Origin: a virus
Taxonomy: Duplodnaviria > Caudoviricetes
Strand: one strand, 5' to 3'
Virus record (IMG/VR): IMGVR_UViG_3300048606_000044
Location: 1 to 32,425 of that record
DNA: 32,425 bases
Below are positions 16,747 through 25,409 of the stretch, one piece after another. The translations under genes and the position numbers were made by a program. The notes under the pieces are model-generated. The model made no database searches. It saw only the letters and a list, made by a program, of their open reading frames with translations, and had not been told where the DNA came from. Within the stretch, counting starts at the first letter, position 1. Each line of letters begins with the position of its first letter.

Positions 16747-19700
16747 TTGCCCGACGATCCGATAACGGCCTACCTCTCAAAATACAAGAAGCCAGTAGTC
16801 GACCCGATCGAAGCGTATCGGTCGAAGTACGTCGAGCCCGAACCGATCGGCCCGGTCGACCAAGTCGTCAATGCTGCGAAGCAGATTGGCTCGGCCTTCC
16901 GTCATCCTGTCGATGCCGTGACGGCAATCGGGAAGGGTATCTATCACTCGGCGAAGGACGCCGTCACCCCTGCCCTTGGCGAGGGTGAGATGCCGGGCTC
17001 GACTCGCTTCGGCGACGAGGGCGCAATCCAGCGATCACGAGAGAACTTCCGCGTTACCGCGGAGAACACCCCTGGCGCCATCAGTCAGCGGCAGAAGACG
17101 CTCGGGATAATCAACACGGCGGCCAACGTCGCCCTGCCCGGTGTCGGTGGCGCGGTCACGAACCGTGTCGTCAACGCAGGACTCGGTGCAATCAACGACC
17201 CCGAACAGCCGCTCCGTGGTGCAACGACCGGGCTCGTGCTCGGCGAGGTACTGCATCAGGGATTGAAGCGTATCGGTGGAAAGGCGGGGTCTGTGCCGGA
17301 AGAAACCGGGGGTAACGTCCTTGACACGCAGACTCCCGCTGCCCGCCCGCGCCTCGAGCGCCGGACTGTCGAGCGTCCCGATCCGGGCGCGATGTCTCCG
17401 GCAGAGCGGTTGTCCCGCAAGAAGGCGCTGGTACAGGAACAGAACATCCTCCGGGCGACCGCCGAGCATCCGAACGACCCGGCCGATGTTCCGACTATAC
17501 TTGCGCGCGTCGACAGATTGGGTGCCGAGATCGCGGCCATCGACAACGCGACCCCTGTTGCACCCAGCGCCGGCGCTGGGCTGTCGAAGCGAAAGAACGT
17601 GCTTGACCCCGAGCCTGTCGCAGGGTTCGACGAGTTTGCTGTTGGCGTTGACGAGATCGCTGGTGACGTCGCGCCAAAAGCAAAAGGTGGCAACCGCAAG
17701 CCTGTGCCGGGTGCTGTCAATCCGAAGTACAGACTGGATTCGGACGGACAACTCTTGAACCGTGCCGTCGAGCTACTGCAACGGCAAGAGGAGTATTCAT
17801 CTGGCAAACACGGCGCGCCGGGGTTCGCGCGCGACGCGGTCGATCTGTCGAAACCGATCACTGGTGATACGGGTGTTGCGCGTCGGATGGCGCAAGACAA
17901 GGTGTTGCACGAAGAAGTTACGACCGAGCTTCGCGAGCGCGGCTGGCCCGAGTCCGACCTGAACGACGCTATCAACGAGCGGTGGTTGAACGCCGACGAC
18001 GTGCAATATCGTCACGCCGGGTTGCCTCCGATTTCGACGCAATCGAAAGCGGTTGCGAAAGGCGCTGTCAACCAAATCGCGGGACGTCCGTTCGAGGACG
18101 CTGCGGCGAACATTCCCAACCCCGTCACCCGACAGGCATACGAACAGGTCGGCAGCTCGATCGACTTCGGGGATCGTCAGGCGAAAGCGATTGCGAGGGC
18201 CGATAAGCCGACTCTGTTCGCGCGGATCCAGAATGTCGCCGACCAGATCGCGAACGGGCTCGGCCCAATTGAACGACTGGGCGAGCGTGTCGACAACGTG
18301 CTGCGTCCCTCCAAGAACCCGCGCGCGCTCCTGTCCTACGCCAAGGCGAGTGAGCACACGGTCAAGCAGGCTTTCGATGTCGGCGTGCTTGATCCTCAGA
18401 GCCGGAAGGTCGCTGGCCCCTCGTACCGCTCGCTCTTCGAGCCGTTCAAGAATGATGATGCAAAGATCAGGCAGGCGCTCACGTACCTGAAAGCGAAGCG
18501 CGATGCCGGTCGTGGTGTCGAAGGTGTTGGCGGCGATCAAAAGATGCTCGACGCGGCGCATGAGGTTGTGCGTCATGGCGACACCGATCCTCAACTCGTC
18601 GCCTTCGCGAACCAGTGGGATAAGTACGTCGACGCGCTCGGCAACTACGCCGTAGGCTCAGGACTCTGGACGTCCGAGTTCTTCCGTGCGCTCAAGGGTT
18701 CGGACGCGCTCTATGTCCCATACAAGCGGTTGCTCGGCCCGTCGGTGAAGGGTGCGGCTGGTGGGCCAATGGCGGCCGGCGGCGACCGACTCGTGAACAT
18801 CGGGCATGGCGTCAAGCGGTTTTTTGGGTCGAAACAGTCAATCTCGAACCCTGCGCAAGCGATAGCCGAATACACGGCCGCGATCATCAGGCGGTCGGAC
18901 AGTTACCGTGTCGGCGCATCTCTGTTCGATGCGGTCGAACAGCTCGGGCCCGAAGGTGAGGGGATACTGACGCCGATCAAGGGCGGTGCCGATCGTAGCG
19001 CCAGGGCGAACGCCGCGGCTGCACGCGCGAAGGCTGCCGGTGTCCCGACGCCAGTTATGCAGGAGTTGATCGACGCTTTCGAGCTCAAGCCCGACGGCCG
19101 TAACCCTGTCATATGGCGGAACGGCCCGAGCGGTACGAAACAGTACGCGCTCGTCAACTCGCCGACCCTCTGGCAGTCGGTGTCGCATCTGAACGCGCTC
19201 GAGCAGAGTGCGGTGCGCGACTTCCTGAACATCACGCTCAAGCCGCTCAAGCGCATCTTCACAGCGACGACGACGGGTCTAAACCCACGGTTCTCGCTGG
19301 CAACGAACCCGCTCCGCGATATCGTCGACGCCTTCGCGAAGACACGGGCCGGGATTACGCCGAAGGACGTTGCGGTCGGCTACTACGAATCGCTCAAGAA
19401 TATCTTCTCGCGCTCCGCACTCTCGACTCAGGCCGAGACGGCAGGTATGGGTGGCGTCTCGATGTTCTTCGGTGAGGCTACGCCAGCGGCTGTGGCACGT
19501 CGCTACGCTCCGACGACTCCCATCGACCGCATCATCTCAAGCGCTCACTGGACGGCTACCCGACCGCTGCGCGCGCTCGAAGCGCTGGGTGAAGCGTCCG
19601 ACCTGGGGCCGCGGAACGCCGAGTACATCGCCTTCATGCGAAAGAACCAGCGTCGGGTCGACTCGGGTGAGTGGACCGAGGCCGATCTACACCTGGGAGC

Positions 19701-20877
19701 TGCGACCGCAGGCCGGAACGTAACGCTCGACTTCTCGAACCGGCCGGGCAATCAGGTTCTCCGATTCTTCGGCGACTACATCCCGTTCTTCAACGTTGGA
19801 CTACAGGCGCCGATCCAGTTCGGGATCGCGGCGTATCGGAACCCGCGCAGGCTGATTGGCGCGAGTGCTGGGGTGGCTGGTGCCGCAACCCTCGCGTGGG
19901 CCATGAAGCGCGCTCTACAGCCCGCCGTCAGGCAACAGGTGAACGATCGTCAGTCGACCGAACGCGCGGGGTTCCTCCTCGTCCCGATCGACAACTCGGG
20001 CAATCTGCTGAGGATCCCGCTCGGTCAGGAGATGGGCATTGTCGCGTCGGCTGTCACCGCGGGGCTCGATGCTGCAATAGAGTCTGACCCCCATGCTGGT
20101 CGACTACTGGTCGCGTCGATCATGCGCGCGCTGCCGCCGGGCATTGGCGAGTTGTTGCAGGCCAACCCCACGATCCCGATACCAGGTGTTCAGCAGGCGC
20201 TTGAGAACGCGAAGAACAAACGCGACTACGGCGGTCATCCGATCGTGCCGAAGCGGATGGAAGACTTGCCGCCGGCTGAGCGTCGATACGACACGACGAA
20301 CCCAACGTTCGACCTTGCGGCCGCTGCTGTGCGCCGGGTGGGGTTCGACAACTTCTCGCCGCTCGAGGCCGAGAACCTTATTCGCGGCGTGACCTCGCAG
20401 GCGACGCCGTTCATCACCGCTGCAGTCGACCCGTGGGCCGAGAGGCTACTGGGGCGCAGTGCGCAGTCCCGACTCAAGCCGCCGTTCGTACAGCAGCCGC
20501 TCAACCCGACGTCGGCTATGGTGGCGAAGAATCCGCCGCCCTCGACCGAGACGGAACAAGACTACTACGCGCTCAAGACGAAGGTATCGCAGGCCGAGAA
20601 CTTTCTGGCACAGGCGGCGAACGCTGGTCAGGTGTCGGCAATCCCGCGGCTCGAAGGATACAAACAATATCTCAACCCCGATCTGAGCGCCGGGATAGCC
20701 ACGACCGACGAAGTGCTGAAAGACCTGCGCGACGAAGAGACGGTCGTGCGCGAGATGTTTCAGACGAAGGAGATCACGCCGCAGGTCGCGCGCACCGAGC
20801 TCGATCGGATCAAGGGCCAGCGCCAACTCGTATACCGCCGGGCCATGACGATCTTCGCCCAGATGGGGGCTCAGTGA
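16747..20877 (+). CDS. Large internal virion/ejection protein with LPD38-like C-terminal domain
   Basis: 1376 aa; motifs TTGLNPRFSLATNPLRD, TLDFS..G, YIPFFNVGLQ, LRIPLGQEMG, HPIVPKRMEDLPP and SPLEAENLIRG (~19960-20430). Confidence 0.8.
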   Translation: MPDDPITAYLSKYKKPVVDPIEAYRSKYVEPEPIGPVDQVVNAAKQIGSAFRHPVDAVTAIGKGIYHSAKDAVTPALGEGEMPGSTRFGDEGAIQRSRENFRVTAENTPGAISQRQKTLGIINTAANVALPGVGGAVTNRVVNAGLGAINDPEQPLRGATTGLVLGEVLHQGLKRIGGKAGSVPEETGGNVLDTQTPAARPRLERRTVERPDPGAMSPAERLSRKKALVQEQNILRATAEHPNDPADVPTILARVDRLGAEIAAIDNATPVAPSAGAGLSKRKNVLDPEPVAGFDEFAVGVDEIAGDVAPKAKGGNRKPVPGAVNPKYRLDSDGQLLNRAVELLQRQEEYSSGKHGAPGFARDAVDLSKPITGDTGVARRMAQDKVLHEEVTTELRERGWPESDLNDAINERWLNADDVQYRHAGLPPISTQSKAVAKGAVNQIAGRPFEDAAANIPNPVTRQAYEQVGSSIDFGDRQAKAIARADKPTLFARIQNVADQIANGLGPIERLGERVDNVLRPSKNPRALLSYAKASEHTVKQAFDVGVLDPQSRKVAGPSYRSLFEPFKNDDAKIRQALTYLKAKRDAGRGVEGVGGDQKMLDAAHEVVRHGDTDPQLVAFANQWDKYVDALGNYAVGSGLWTSEFFRALKGSDALYVPYKRLLGPSVKGAAGGPMAAGGDRLVNIGHGVKRFFGSKQSISNPAQAIAEYTAAIIRRSDSYRVGASLFDAVEQLGPEGEGILTPIKGGADRSARANAAAARAKAAGVPTPVMQELIDAFELKPDGRNPVIWRNGPSGTKQYALVNSPTLWQSVSHLNALEQSAVRDFLNITLKPLKRIFTATTTGLNPRFSLATNPLRDIVDAFAKTRAGITPKDVAVGYYESLKNIFSRSALSTQAETAGMGGVSMFFGEATPAAVARRYAPTTPIDRIISSAHWTATRPLRALEALGEASDLGPRNAEYIAFMRKNQRRVDSGEWTEADLHLGAATAGRNVTLDFSNRPGNQVLRFFGDYIPFFNVGLQAPIQFGIAAYRNPRRLIGASAGVAGAATLAWAMKRALQPAVRQQVNDRQSTERAGFLLVPIDNSGNLLRIPLGQEMGIVASAVTAGLDAAIESDPHAGRLLVASIMRALPPGIGELLQANPTIPIPGVQQALENAKNKRDYGGHPIVPKRMEDLPPAERRYDTTNPTFDLAAAAVRRVGFDNFSPLEAENLIRGVTSQATPFITAAVDPWAERLLGRSAQSRLKPPFVQQPLNPTSAMVAKNPPPSTETEQDYYALKTKVSQAENFLAQAANAGQVSAIPRLEGYKQYLNPDLSAGIATTDEVLKDLRDEETVVREMFQTKEITPQVARTELDRIKGQRQLVYRRAMTIFAQMGAQ

Positions 20878-21092
20878 ACGAGCGTCTTCTTCCCCGTCTT
20901 CATATCCGCGCAGACTGTCCTGGCTGCCTTCGGGTCAGGAACGCACCAGACGCCAGTCTTCCGGTCGAAGATCGATCCGTCGCTGTCCATTTGCCAGTCG
21001 TGCGACATACGTGCGGCCGTTGTGAATGCCAGCACGGTCAGTATCACGAAACAGAACGCGACGATTGTAAGAAACCAGTTCGGGGGCCTCAT
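20871..21092 (-). CDS. Small single-pass membrane protein, moron-like
   Basis: MRPPNWFLTIVAFCFVILTVLAF...; the only antisense gene between the virion and lysis modules. Confidence 0.6.
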   Translation of the reverse strand: MRPPNWFLTIVAFCFVILTVLAFTTAARMSHDWQMDSDGSIFDRKTGVWCVPDPKAARTVCADMKTGKKTLVH

Positions 21093-21099
21093 GCCTCGT

Positions 21100-21128
21100 A
21101 GTATCGCCAACCTCAAACCTACCCTCAA
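21100..21128 (-). promoter_or_regulatory. Possible sigma70-type promoter for a leaderless moron transcript
   Basis: TTGAGG-N17-GATACT, then 7 nt to the ATG at 21092. Confidence 0.3.
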
Positions 21129-21143
21129 GGGCGAAAGTACCGA

Positions 21144-21410
21144 ATGCAGATTCTAGGCACCGAAGTTACCAGCGCGCTCGTCAACTATGGCATCCCCGCT
21201 ATCCTCGGGCTGCAGGTCTGGATGGTCAGGAAGGTGTCGGGCCACGACGTCGAGTTCGCAAAGCTCAAAACCGTCTTGCTCGGACCGAACGGCGACAACG
21301 GACTGAACGGCCGGATCACGAAAGCCGAGTCCGACATCGACGCCCTGCGAGAGAAGGTGCCGCTGGCGCCACAGGCGAGACGCGCTGAGCGGAGACGCGT
21401 CAGACGATGA
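21144..21410 (+). CDS. Putative holin/antiholin (one TM helix plus coiled coil)
   Basis: Hydrophobic YGIPAILGLQVWMV, basic C-terminus; first gene of the lysis cluster. Confidence 0.55.
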   Translation: MQILGTEVTSALVNYGIPAILGLQVWMVRKVSGHDVEFAKLKTVLLGPNGDNGLNGRITKAESDIDALREKVPLAPQARRAERRRVRR

Positions 21411-21697
21411 ACTTCCACCCGATCAAGCTGCTCGCCAAAGTGTTCGATCTGACGGGCACCGACGACAACCCGTCGTTCTCGAAGATCGGCTGGTGGGCTG
21501 TGTTCATCGCGTGCCTGATGAATCACCAGTTCTCAATCTTCTGGGGAGTGCTGTTCGGTGCGTGGGCGTTTGGGCGGTCGGCGTTCCTCTCGTACCTGGC
21601 GACGAAACCTGTTGCGCTGAACGCGATAGTCGGAGGTGATGTCAAGGACATCTTCGCGCGACGTGATCCGAAAGAAGGGATTGAAGCGGCTCCGTAA
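21407..21697 (+). CDS. Putative holin (two TM helices)
   Basis: SFSKIGWWAVFIACLM and FSIFWGVLFGAWAFG; immediately before the endolysin. Confidence 0.6.
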   Translation: MNFHPIKLLAKVFDLTGTDDNPSFSKIGWWAVFIACLMNHQFSIFWGVLFGAWAFGRSAFLSYLATKPVALNAIVGGDVKDIFARRDPKEGIEAAP

Positions 21698-22153
21698 TTG
21701 GATCCTATCGAAGTCGTTCTACGGTTCGCTAAAAGTCAGCTCTACGTTCGTGAGATCGGCCCCAACGCAGGACAGGCGGTCGAAGAGTATCAGCGGTTCT
21801 GCGGTGCCCAGAAGGGCGATCCCTGGTGCGCGTGCGGGGTGTCGTGGTGCGGAAAGTGTGCGTTACTAAATGACTGGCCGCTTGCTGTCACGGCCTCGTG
21901 TCAGGCGCTCTACGTCGACGCGAAGGCGAAAGGGTTGGTCAGGGACGCCCCGAAGCGCGGCGACATCTTCCTGCTCTGGCACCCCGATCTCGGGCGCTAC
22001 GCGCACACCGGATTCGTTAATGAAGTATCGGGCCTAAACTTTACTACCCGAGAGGGAAACACTAACCCTGCCGGTGGGCGCGACGGTTATGGCTGGTTCG
22101 AGCGTAAGCGCGTCGCCGGGGCGAACTACCGCTTCATCCGGTGGGCGAAGTGA
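21698..22153 (+). CDS. CHAP-domain endolysin
   Basis: PWCACGVSW (catalytic Cys), HTGFV (His) and EGNT motifs. Confidence 0.9.
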   Translation: MDPIEVVLRFAKSQLYVREIGPNAGQAVEEYQRFCGAQKGDPWCACGVSWCGKCALLNDWPLAVTASCQALYVDAKAKGLVRDAPKRGDIFLLWHPDLGRYAHTGFVNEVSGLNFTTREGNTNPAGGRDGYGWFERKRVAGANYRFIRWAK

Positions 22154-22156
22154 AAC

Positions 22157-22186
22157 GTGTGACTATTAGGCACACGAATCGTCTTT
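22157..22186 (+). promoter_or_regulatory. ECF-sigma-like promoter, copy 2
   Basis: gtgtgac tattaggcacacgaat cgtcttt; ATG at 22193 follows closely. Confidence 0.7.
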
Positions 22187-22192
22187 AGATCG

Positions 22193-22783
22193 ATGACCTT
22201 GCCCAATGTCTCGGGCCTTTTCTATAAGATAGGTTTTGCCGTCGCCCTGCTCTCCGCGGGGCTCGTCGCCAAGCATGACTACGACGGAAGGGTCGCCGCA
22301 GCTGCAGTCCTCGCCGAGCGAATCAAGGCTGATTCTGTAGTCCTCGCTGACCTCAACGAGACGATCGCCGCTAGAAACGATGCAGTTGTTCACTTCGTCG
22401 GGATCGCCCAGAAGGCCGAGGCGAAGGCGAGGGTCGACAGCGCGGCGACATCGAAAGCGAAAGCTTCGGTGGATTCGCTGAGGGCGCACCTCGATACGAC
22501 GAGCATCGAACAGTTGAAGACGTACGCCCGTGAACTCGAAGACGCAAACGACAAGCTCTGGTCCGAGAACAACGACCTGCGCATATGGCATTCCCAGCGC
22601 GACTCGGTCGACCAAGCGCGTGACGCGCGCGAAGCAGCGAAGGACGAGAAGATCGCTGCGCTCGATCGCTTGAACAAGAACATCGCGACGGCTGTCGCTC
22701 CTACTCACCATCTCCGCGACGGTGCGATCGGCGGTGCCATCGTCACGGTCGGCGGGGTCATCCTCTGGGCTTCCACTCGTTGA
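22193..22783 (+). CDS. Spanin-like protein (N-terminal TM, coiled coil, C-terminal hydrophobic helix)
   Basis: Follows the endolysin; IGFAVALLSAGLV, long A/D/K/E coiled coil, GAIGGAIVTVGGVILW. Confidence 0.55.
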   Translation: MTLPNVSGLFYKIGFAVALLSAGLVAKHDYDGRVAAAAVLAERIKADSVVLADLNETIAARNDAVVHFVGIAQKAEAKARVDSAATSKAKASVDSLRAHLDTTSIEQLKTYARELEDANDKLWSENNDLRIWHSQRDSVDQARDAREAAKDEKIAALDRLNKNIATAVAPTHHLRDGAIGGAIVTVGGVILWASTR

Positions 22784-23640
22784 AGAAACCCGAAGTCCAT
22801 CTCCGGCCGTATGTCCCTTCGTTCAACATAAAACTGCCGAAGCCCGCCACTCGCAAGAAGGGCGAGCTGGTGACGGCCCTGCTCTGGGGTGATACACACG
22901 CCCCGTACCACGATCCGAATGTCCTGTCGATCTTTCAGGCGATAGCCGAGGACGTTCAGCCGACCCACCTGGTGCACATGGGCGACGGTGTCGACTGTTA
23001 CAAGCTTTCGACGTACGACAAAGACCCCGAGCGGCTACAATCGCAGCAGGAAGAAATCGATATGGCGCGCGAGCATCTGGCCGCCATGCGGAAGGCCTCG
23101 CCGCGGAGCACCATGCGCTTTCTCGAGGGGAATCACGAAGACAGGCTGCGGCGCCTGCTTTGGCGTCTTGAAGGCCCCGCTGCCGTACTCGCGAGCCTGA
23201 CATCGTTCAAGCAGGCGATGACGTGGCCGGCGCTGCTCGGGCTCAAGGATCTGGGTTGCGAGTTCATTCGCTACAACGAACAGACTCGGAAGATTTTTCT
23301 CCCGAAGTTCCTCGTCAAGCACGGGAACCTCGTTCGAAAAGGTTCGGCGATGACCGCGCGCGCCGAGCACGAGAAGTACGGGATGTCTGGAGCCTCCGGG
23401 CACACGCACCGGCTCGGGCAGTTCATGACCCGTGACCACAACGGCAATCAAATCTGGATTGAGACGGGCTGCGGCTGCGACCTAAACCCTGACTACTGCC
23501 AGGATCCCGATTGGCAGAACGGAGCCCTGTCGTTGACGTTCGAGCCCGAGACGGGCGCGTTCGAGGCGGTGTCGATCTACGTCCACAAGGGACTCGCTGT
23601 CTTCGGCGGAAAAGTCTACGGCAAGCGACGTCGTGACTAA
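22780..23640 (+). CDS. Calcineurin-like metallophosphoesterase
   Basis: GDTH, GDGVD, GNHE, HG and GHTH motifs in canonical order. Confidence 0.9.
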   Translation: MKKPEVHLRPYVPSFNIKLPKPATRKKGELVTALLWGDTHAPYHDPNVLSIFQAIAEDVQPTHLVHMGDGVDCYKLSTYDKDPERLQSQQEEIDMAREHLAAMRKASPRSTMRFLEGNHEDRLRRLLWRLEGPAAVLASLTSFKQAMTWPALLGLKDLGCEFIRYNEQTRKIFLPKFLVKHGNLVRKGSAMTARAEHEKYGMSGASGHTHRLGQFMTRDHNGNQIWIETGCGCDLNPDYCQDPDWQNGALSLTFEPETGAFEAVSIYVHKGLAVFGGKVYGKRRRD

Positions 23641-23797
23641 CGAGGATCGGCAGGTATTGGCGTTCGAGATCACCGCAGCCGCTCAGAAGGCGAAGCTGCA
23701 CACCCCTGCCGATTCTCCCGTTCGGCAAGAGCTCAACAAAATCATCCGATACTCGAAGCGACTGTACGTCGACTACTGCAAGGACGTCGTCGTATGA
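23633..23797 (+). CDS. Hypothetical protein, 54 aa (not in ORF track)
   Basis: GTG...TGA, MTNEDRQVLAFEITAAAQKAKL...YCKDVVV; overlaps both neighbours and fills the gap exactly. Confidence 0.6.
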   Translation: MTNEDRQVLAFEITAAAQKAKLHTPADSPVRQELNKIIRYSKRLYVDYCKDVVV

Positions 23798-24102
23798 GGC
23801 CACCCCCCCCCATTCCAAAAACGGTCTATCTGCCGTGCGGGCCTGTCACGGTCGTACGCAAGAAAGGGCTGACCGCCAAGCGAAGCGCCGCTGGAACCTA
23901 CAACTGGGGCAAGCGCCGCATCACGCTGGACGCGGAGATGGAACTGATCCCGTCGTGGCTGACGCTCGAGCACGAGATCGTCCACGCGATTCTGATGGAC
24001 GCCGGCTACCTGCCCAACAAATACACCGAGAATGTCTGCGACGCGATTGCCGCGGCGAGAGTCGCCGAAATGCAAGCGCCGAAGTCCCGTACCGGAAGGT
24101 AA
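23794..24102 (+). CDS. Minimal HExxH zincin metallopeptidase-like protein
   Basis: G-Y.....ITL...TLEHEIVHAIL...E..C pattern. Confidence 0.75.
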   Translation: MRPPPPIPKTVYLPCGPVTVVRKKGLTAKRSAAGTYNWGKRRITLDAEMELIPSWLTLEHEIVHAILMDAGYLPNKYTENVCDAIAAARVAEMQAPKSRTGR

Positions 24103-24104
24103 CG

Positions 24105-24497
24105 ATGAAGTACATCCTCCCCGCTCTGCTCGCCCTGTCTGTTGCCTGTGCCTCAGTCCAGAACGATCCAGGCGACTCACGAACTATGCGTGACGCACGC
24201 CAGTGCCTAAAGGCCGGGCCGTGTATCGTGATGCAGGTCGACAACGGTAACTTCGCCGACGCTGTCGTCTACGTGAACAGCGGTCGTATCGGGTTCGTGA
24301 GTGGGATGTCGAAGGCGCAGATCTATATACCGCGCGTTCGTCTCGATGCCTCGGGGTGCATCACGGTCGGCGTCAGGCTTATTGCCGGGGCTACGATGAC
24401 GACGTCCAGGGAGTGTCCACTGGACAACGAATACCTGCGCCTCGACATCAGCCCGTTGTTCTCGACCACGAACCTGTCTCGGGTCATCGTCCATTGA
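24105..24497 (+). CDS. Lipoprotein
   Basis: MKYILPALLALSVAC signal peptide with lipobox-like SVA-C; beta-rich mature domain. Confidence 0.7.
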   Translation: MKYILPALLALSVACASVQNDPGDSRTMRDARQCLKAGPCIVMQVDNGNFADAVVYVNSGRIGFVSGMSKAQIYIPRVRLDASGCITVGVRLIAGATMTTSRECPLDNEYLRLDISPLFSTTNLSRVIVH

Positions 24498-24967
24498 GAG
24501 CCCTATTCTTTACGTCGCTCTTCGTCCTTCTGGCTCACACCTGCCCCGGCCAGCTTCCGGCGAAGCACTCGATCCGCTCGTCCGTGCGCGGAAACGATTC
24601 GGTTCGCGTAGCGCCATCTCTGCCGTGGGTGACTGAGTTTACCCCCCCCGCGATATACGAGAAGTGGTGGAAGGAGATCGCTGAGTGCGAGAAGATCCCG
24701 CAACCCGGCATCATGGCTAAGACGGTCGTGTGGGTGCAGGTCAACTCGCACACGTTCCGGATCGGGCTACAGCGCGGATCGGCTTTCGGCTTTACCGATC
24801 CCGAGCGCGTCACGATCTACCTAGCCCTACCCTCGGTTCTCGAAGAGGAGGTCGTCAAGCACGAGATGGTGCATATGCTCGACTACTGGCACGGTGAAGA
24901 CGAAGGCGAAGACTATCACCCGCAAGACCGATTCGAGGTCTGCGGGTTGCACACCTTCCACGCGTGA
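24494..24967 (+). CDS. Exported HExxH zinc metallopeptidase-like protein
   Basis: TTGA overlap; signal-like MRALFFTSLFVLLA; VVKHEMVHML followed by a distal His (HP) and Cys. Confidence 0.7.
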   Translation: MRALFFTSLFVLLAHTCPGQLPAKHSIRSSVRGNDSVRVAPSLPWVTEFTPPAIYEKWWKEIAECEKIPQPGIMAKTVVWVQVNSHTFRIGLQRGSAFGFTDPERVTIYLALPSVLEEEVVKHEMVHMLDYWHGEDEGEDYHPQDRFEVCGLHTFHA

Positions 24968-25077
24968 GGTTCGTGCTCGAGCTGCTGGTGTGCTCGAGTC
25001 TGTTCGTCGTGTTCGCGTTAGCCGCCGTCGGCCTGCGGACTGTAATAGTCGCGCGGCTTGCGCAGCGACGCCAATAG
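24964..25077 (+). CDS. Possible 37-aa membrane peptide
   Basis: GTGA overlap; MRFVLELLVCSSLFVVFALAAVGLRTVIVARLAQRRQ; overlaps the convergent gene by 60 nt. Confidence 0.4.
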   Translation: MRFVLELLVCSSLFVVFALAAVGLRTVIVARLAQRRQ

Positions 25078-25254
25078 AGCCTCGGCCCTATCCGCGTTCT
25101 TTCGCACCTCGGCCAGAAGTGCCTTGAGGCGGTCGAGGGCGTCGTCCTCCTGGCGCTCGTCTGGTTCTTCGATCGGGCGTGCCGTAAGCTTGACTGACTT
25201 CCGTAGTTGCAGCTCGAGGATGGACGGGATGTCGGATCCACAGGGGGCACTCAT
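25018..25254 (-). CDS. Hypothetical coiled-coil protein, 78 aa
   Basis: ATGA overlap at 25254; DALDRLKALLAEVRKNADRAEALLASL. Confidence 0.6.
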   Translation of the reverse strand: MSAPCGSDIPSILELQLRKSVKLTARPIEEPDERQEDDALDRLKALLAEVRKNADRAEALLASLRKPRDYYSPQADGG

Positions 25255-25409
25255 ATGGCGATGACCCCGATCGCGAACACAACGATTCCAACGAGAAGGT
25301 AGAGCAGGGACCATCCGTCCGTGGGCTTTCGGACAAGCGCGTGAATGACGTTGATGACGCCCGCTGCCACCGTCCACCAGGCGCAGAACTTCTGCGGATC
25401 GAAAGTCAT
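25251..25409 (-). CDS. 52-aa protein with two TM helices (not in ORF track)
   Basis: MTFDPQKFCAWWTVAAGVINVIHALVRKPTDGWSLLYLLVGIVVFAIGVIAI; ATGA overlaps at both ends. Confidence 0.65.
   Translation of the reverse strand: MTFDPQKFCAWWTVAAGVINVIHALVRKPTDGWSLLYLLVGIVVFAIGVIAI

Noticed and set aside
802-20877. Genome-wide amber recoding (genetic code 15)
   Set aside because: TAGs fall only at plausible protein boundaries, never inside conserved domains; the capsid TAG is followed by TGA six codons later.
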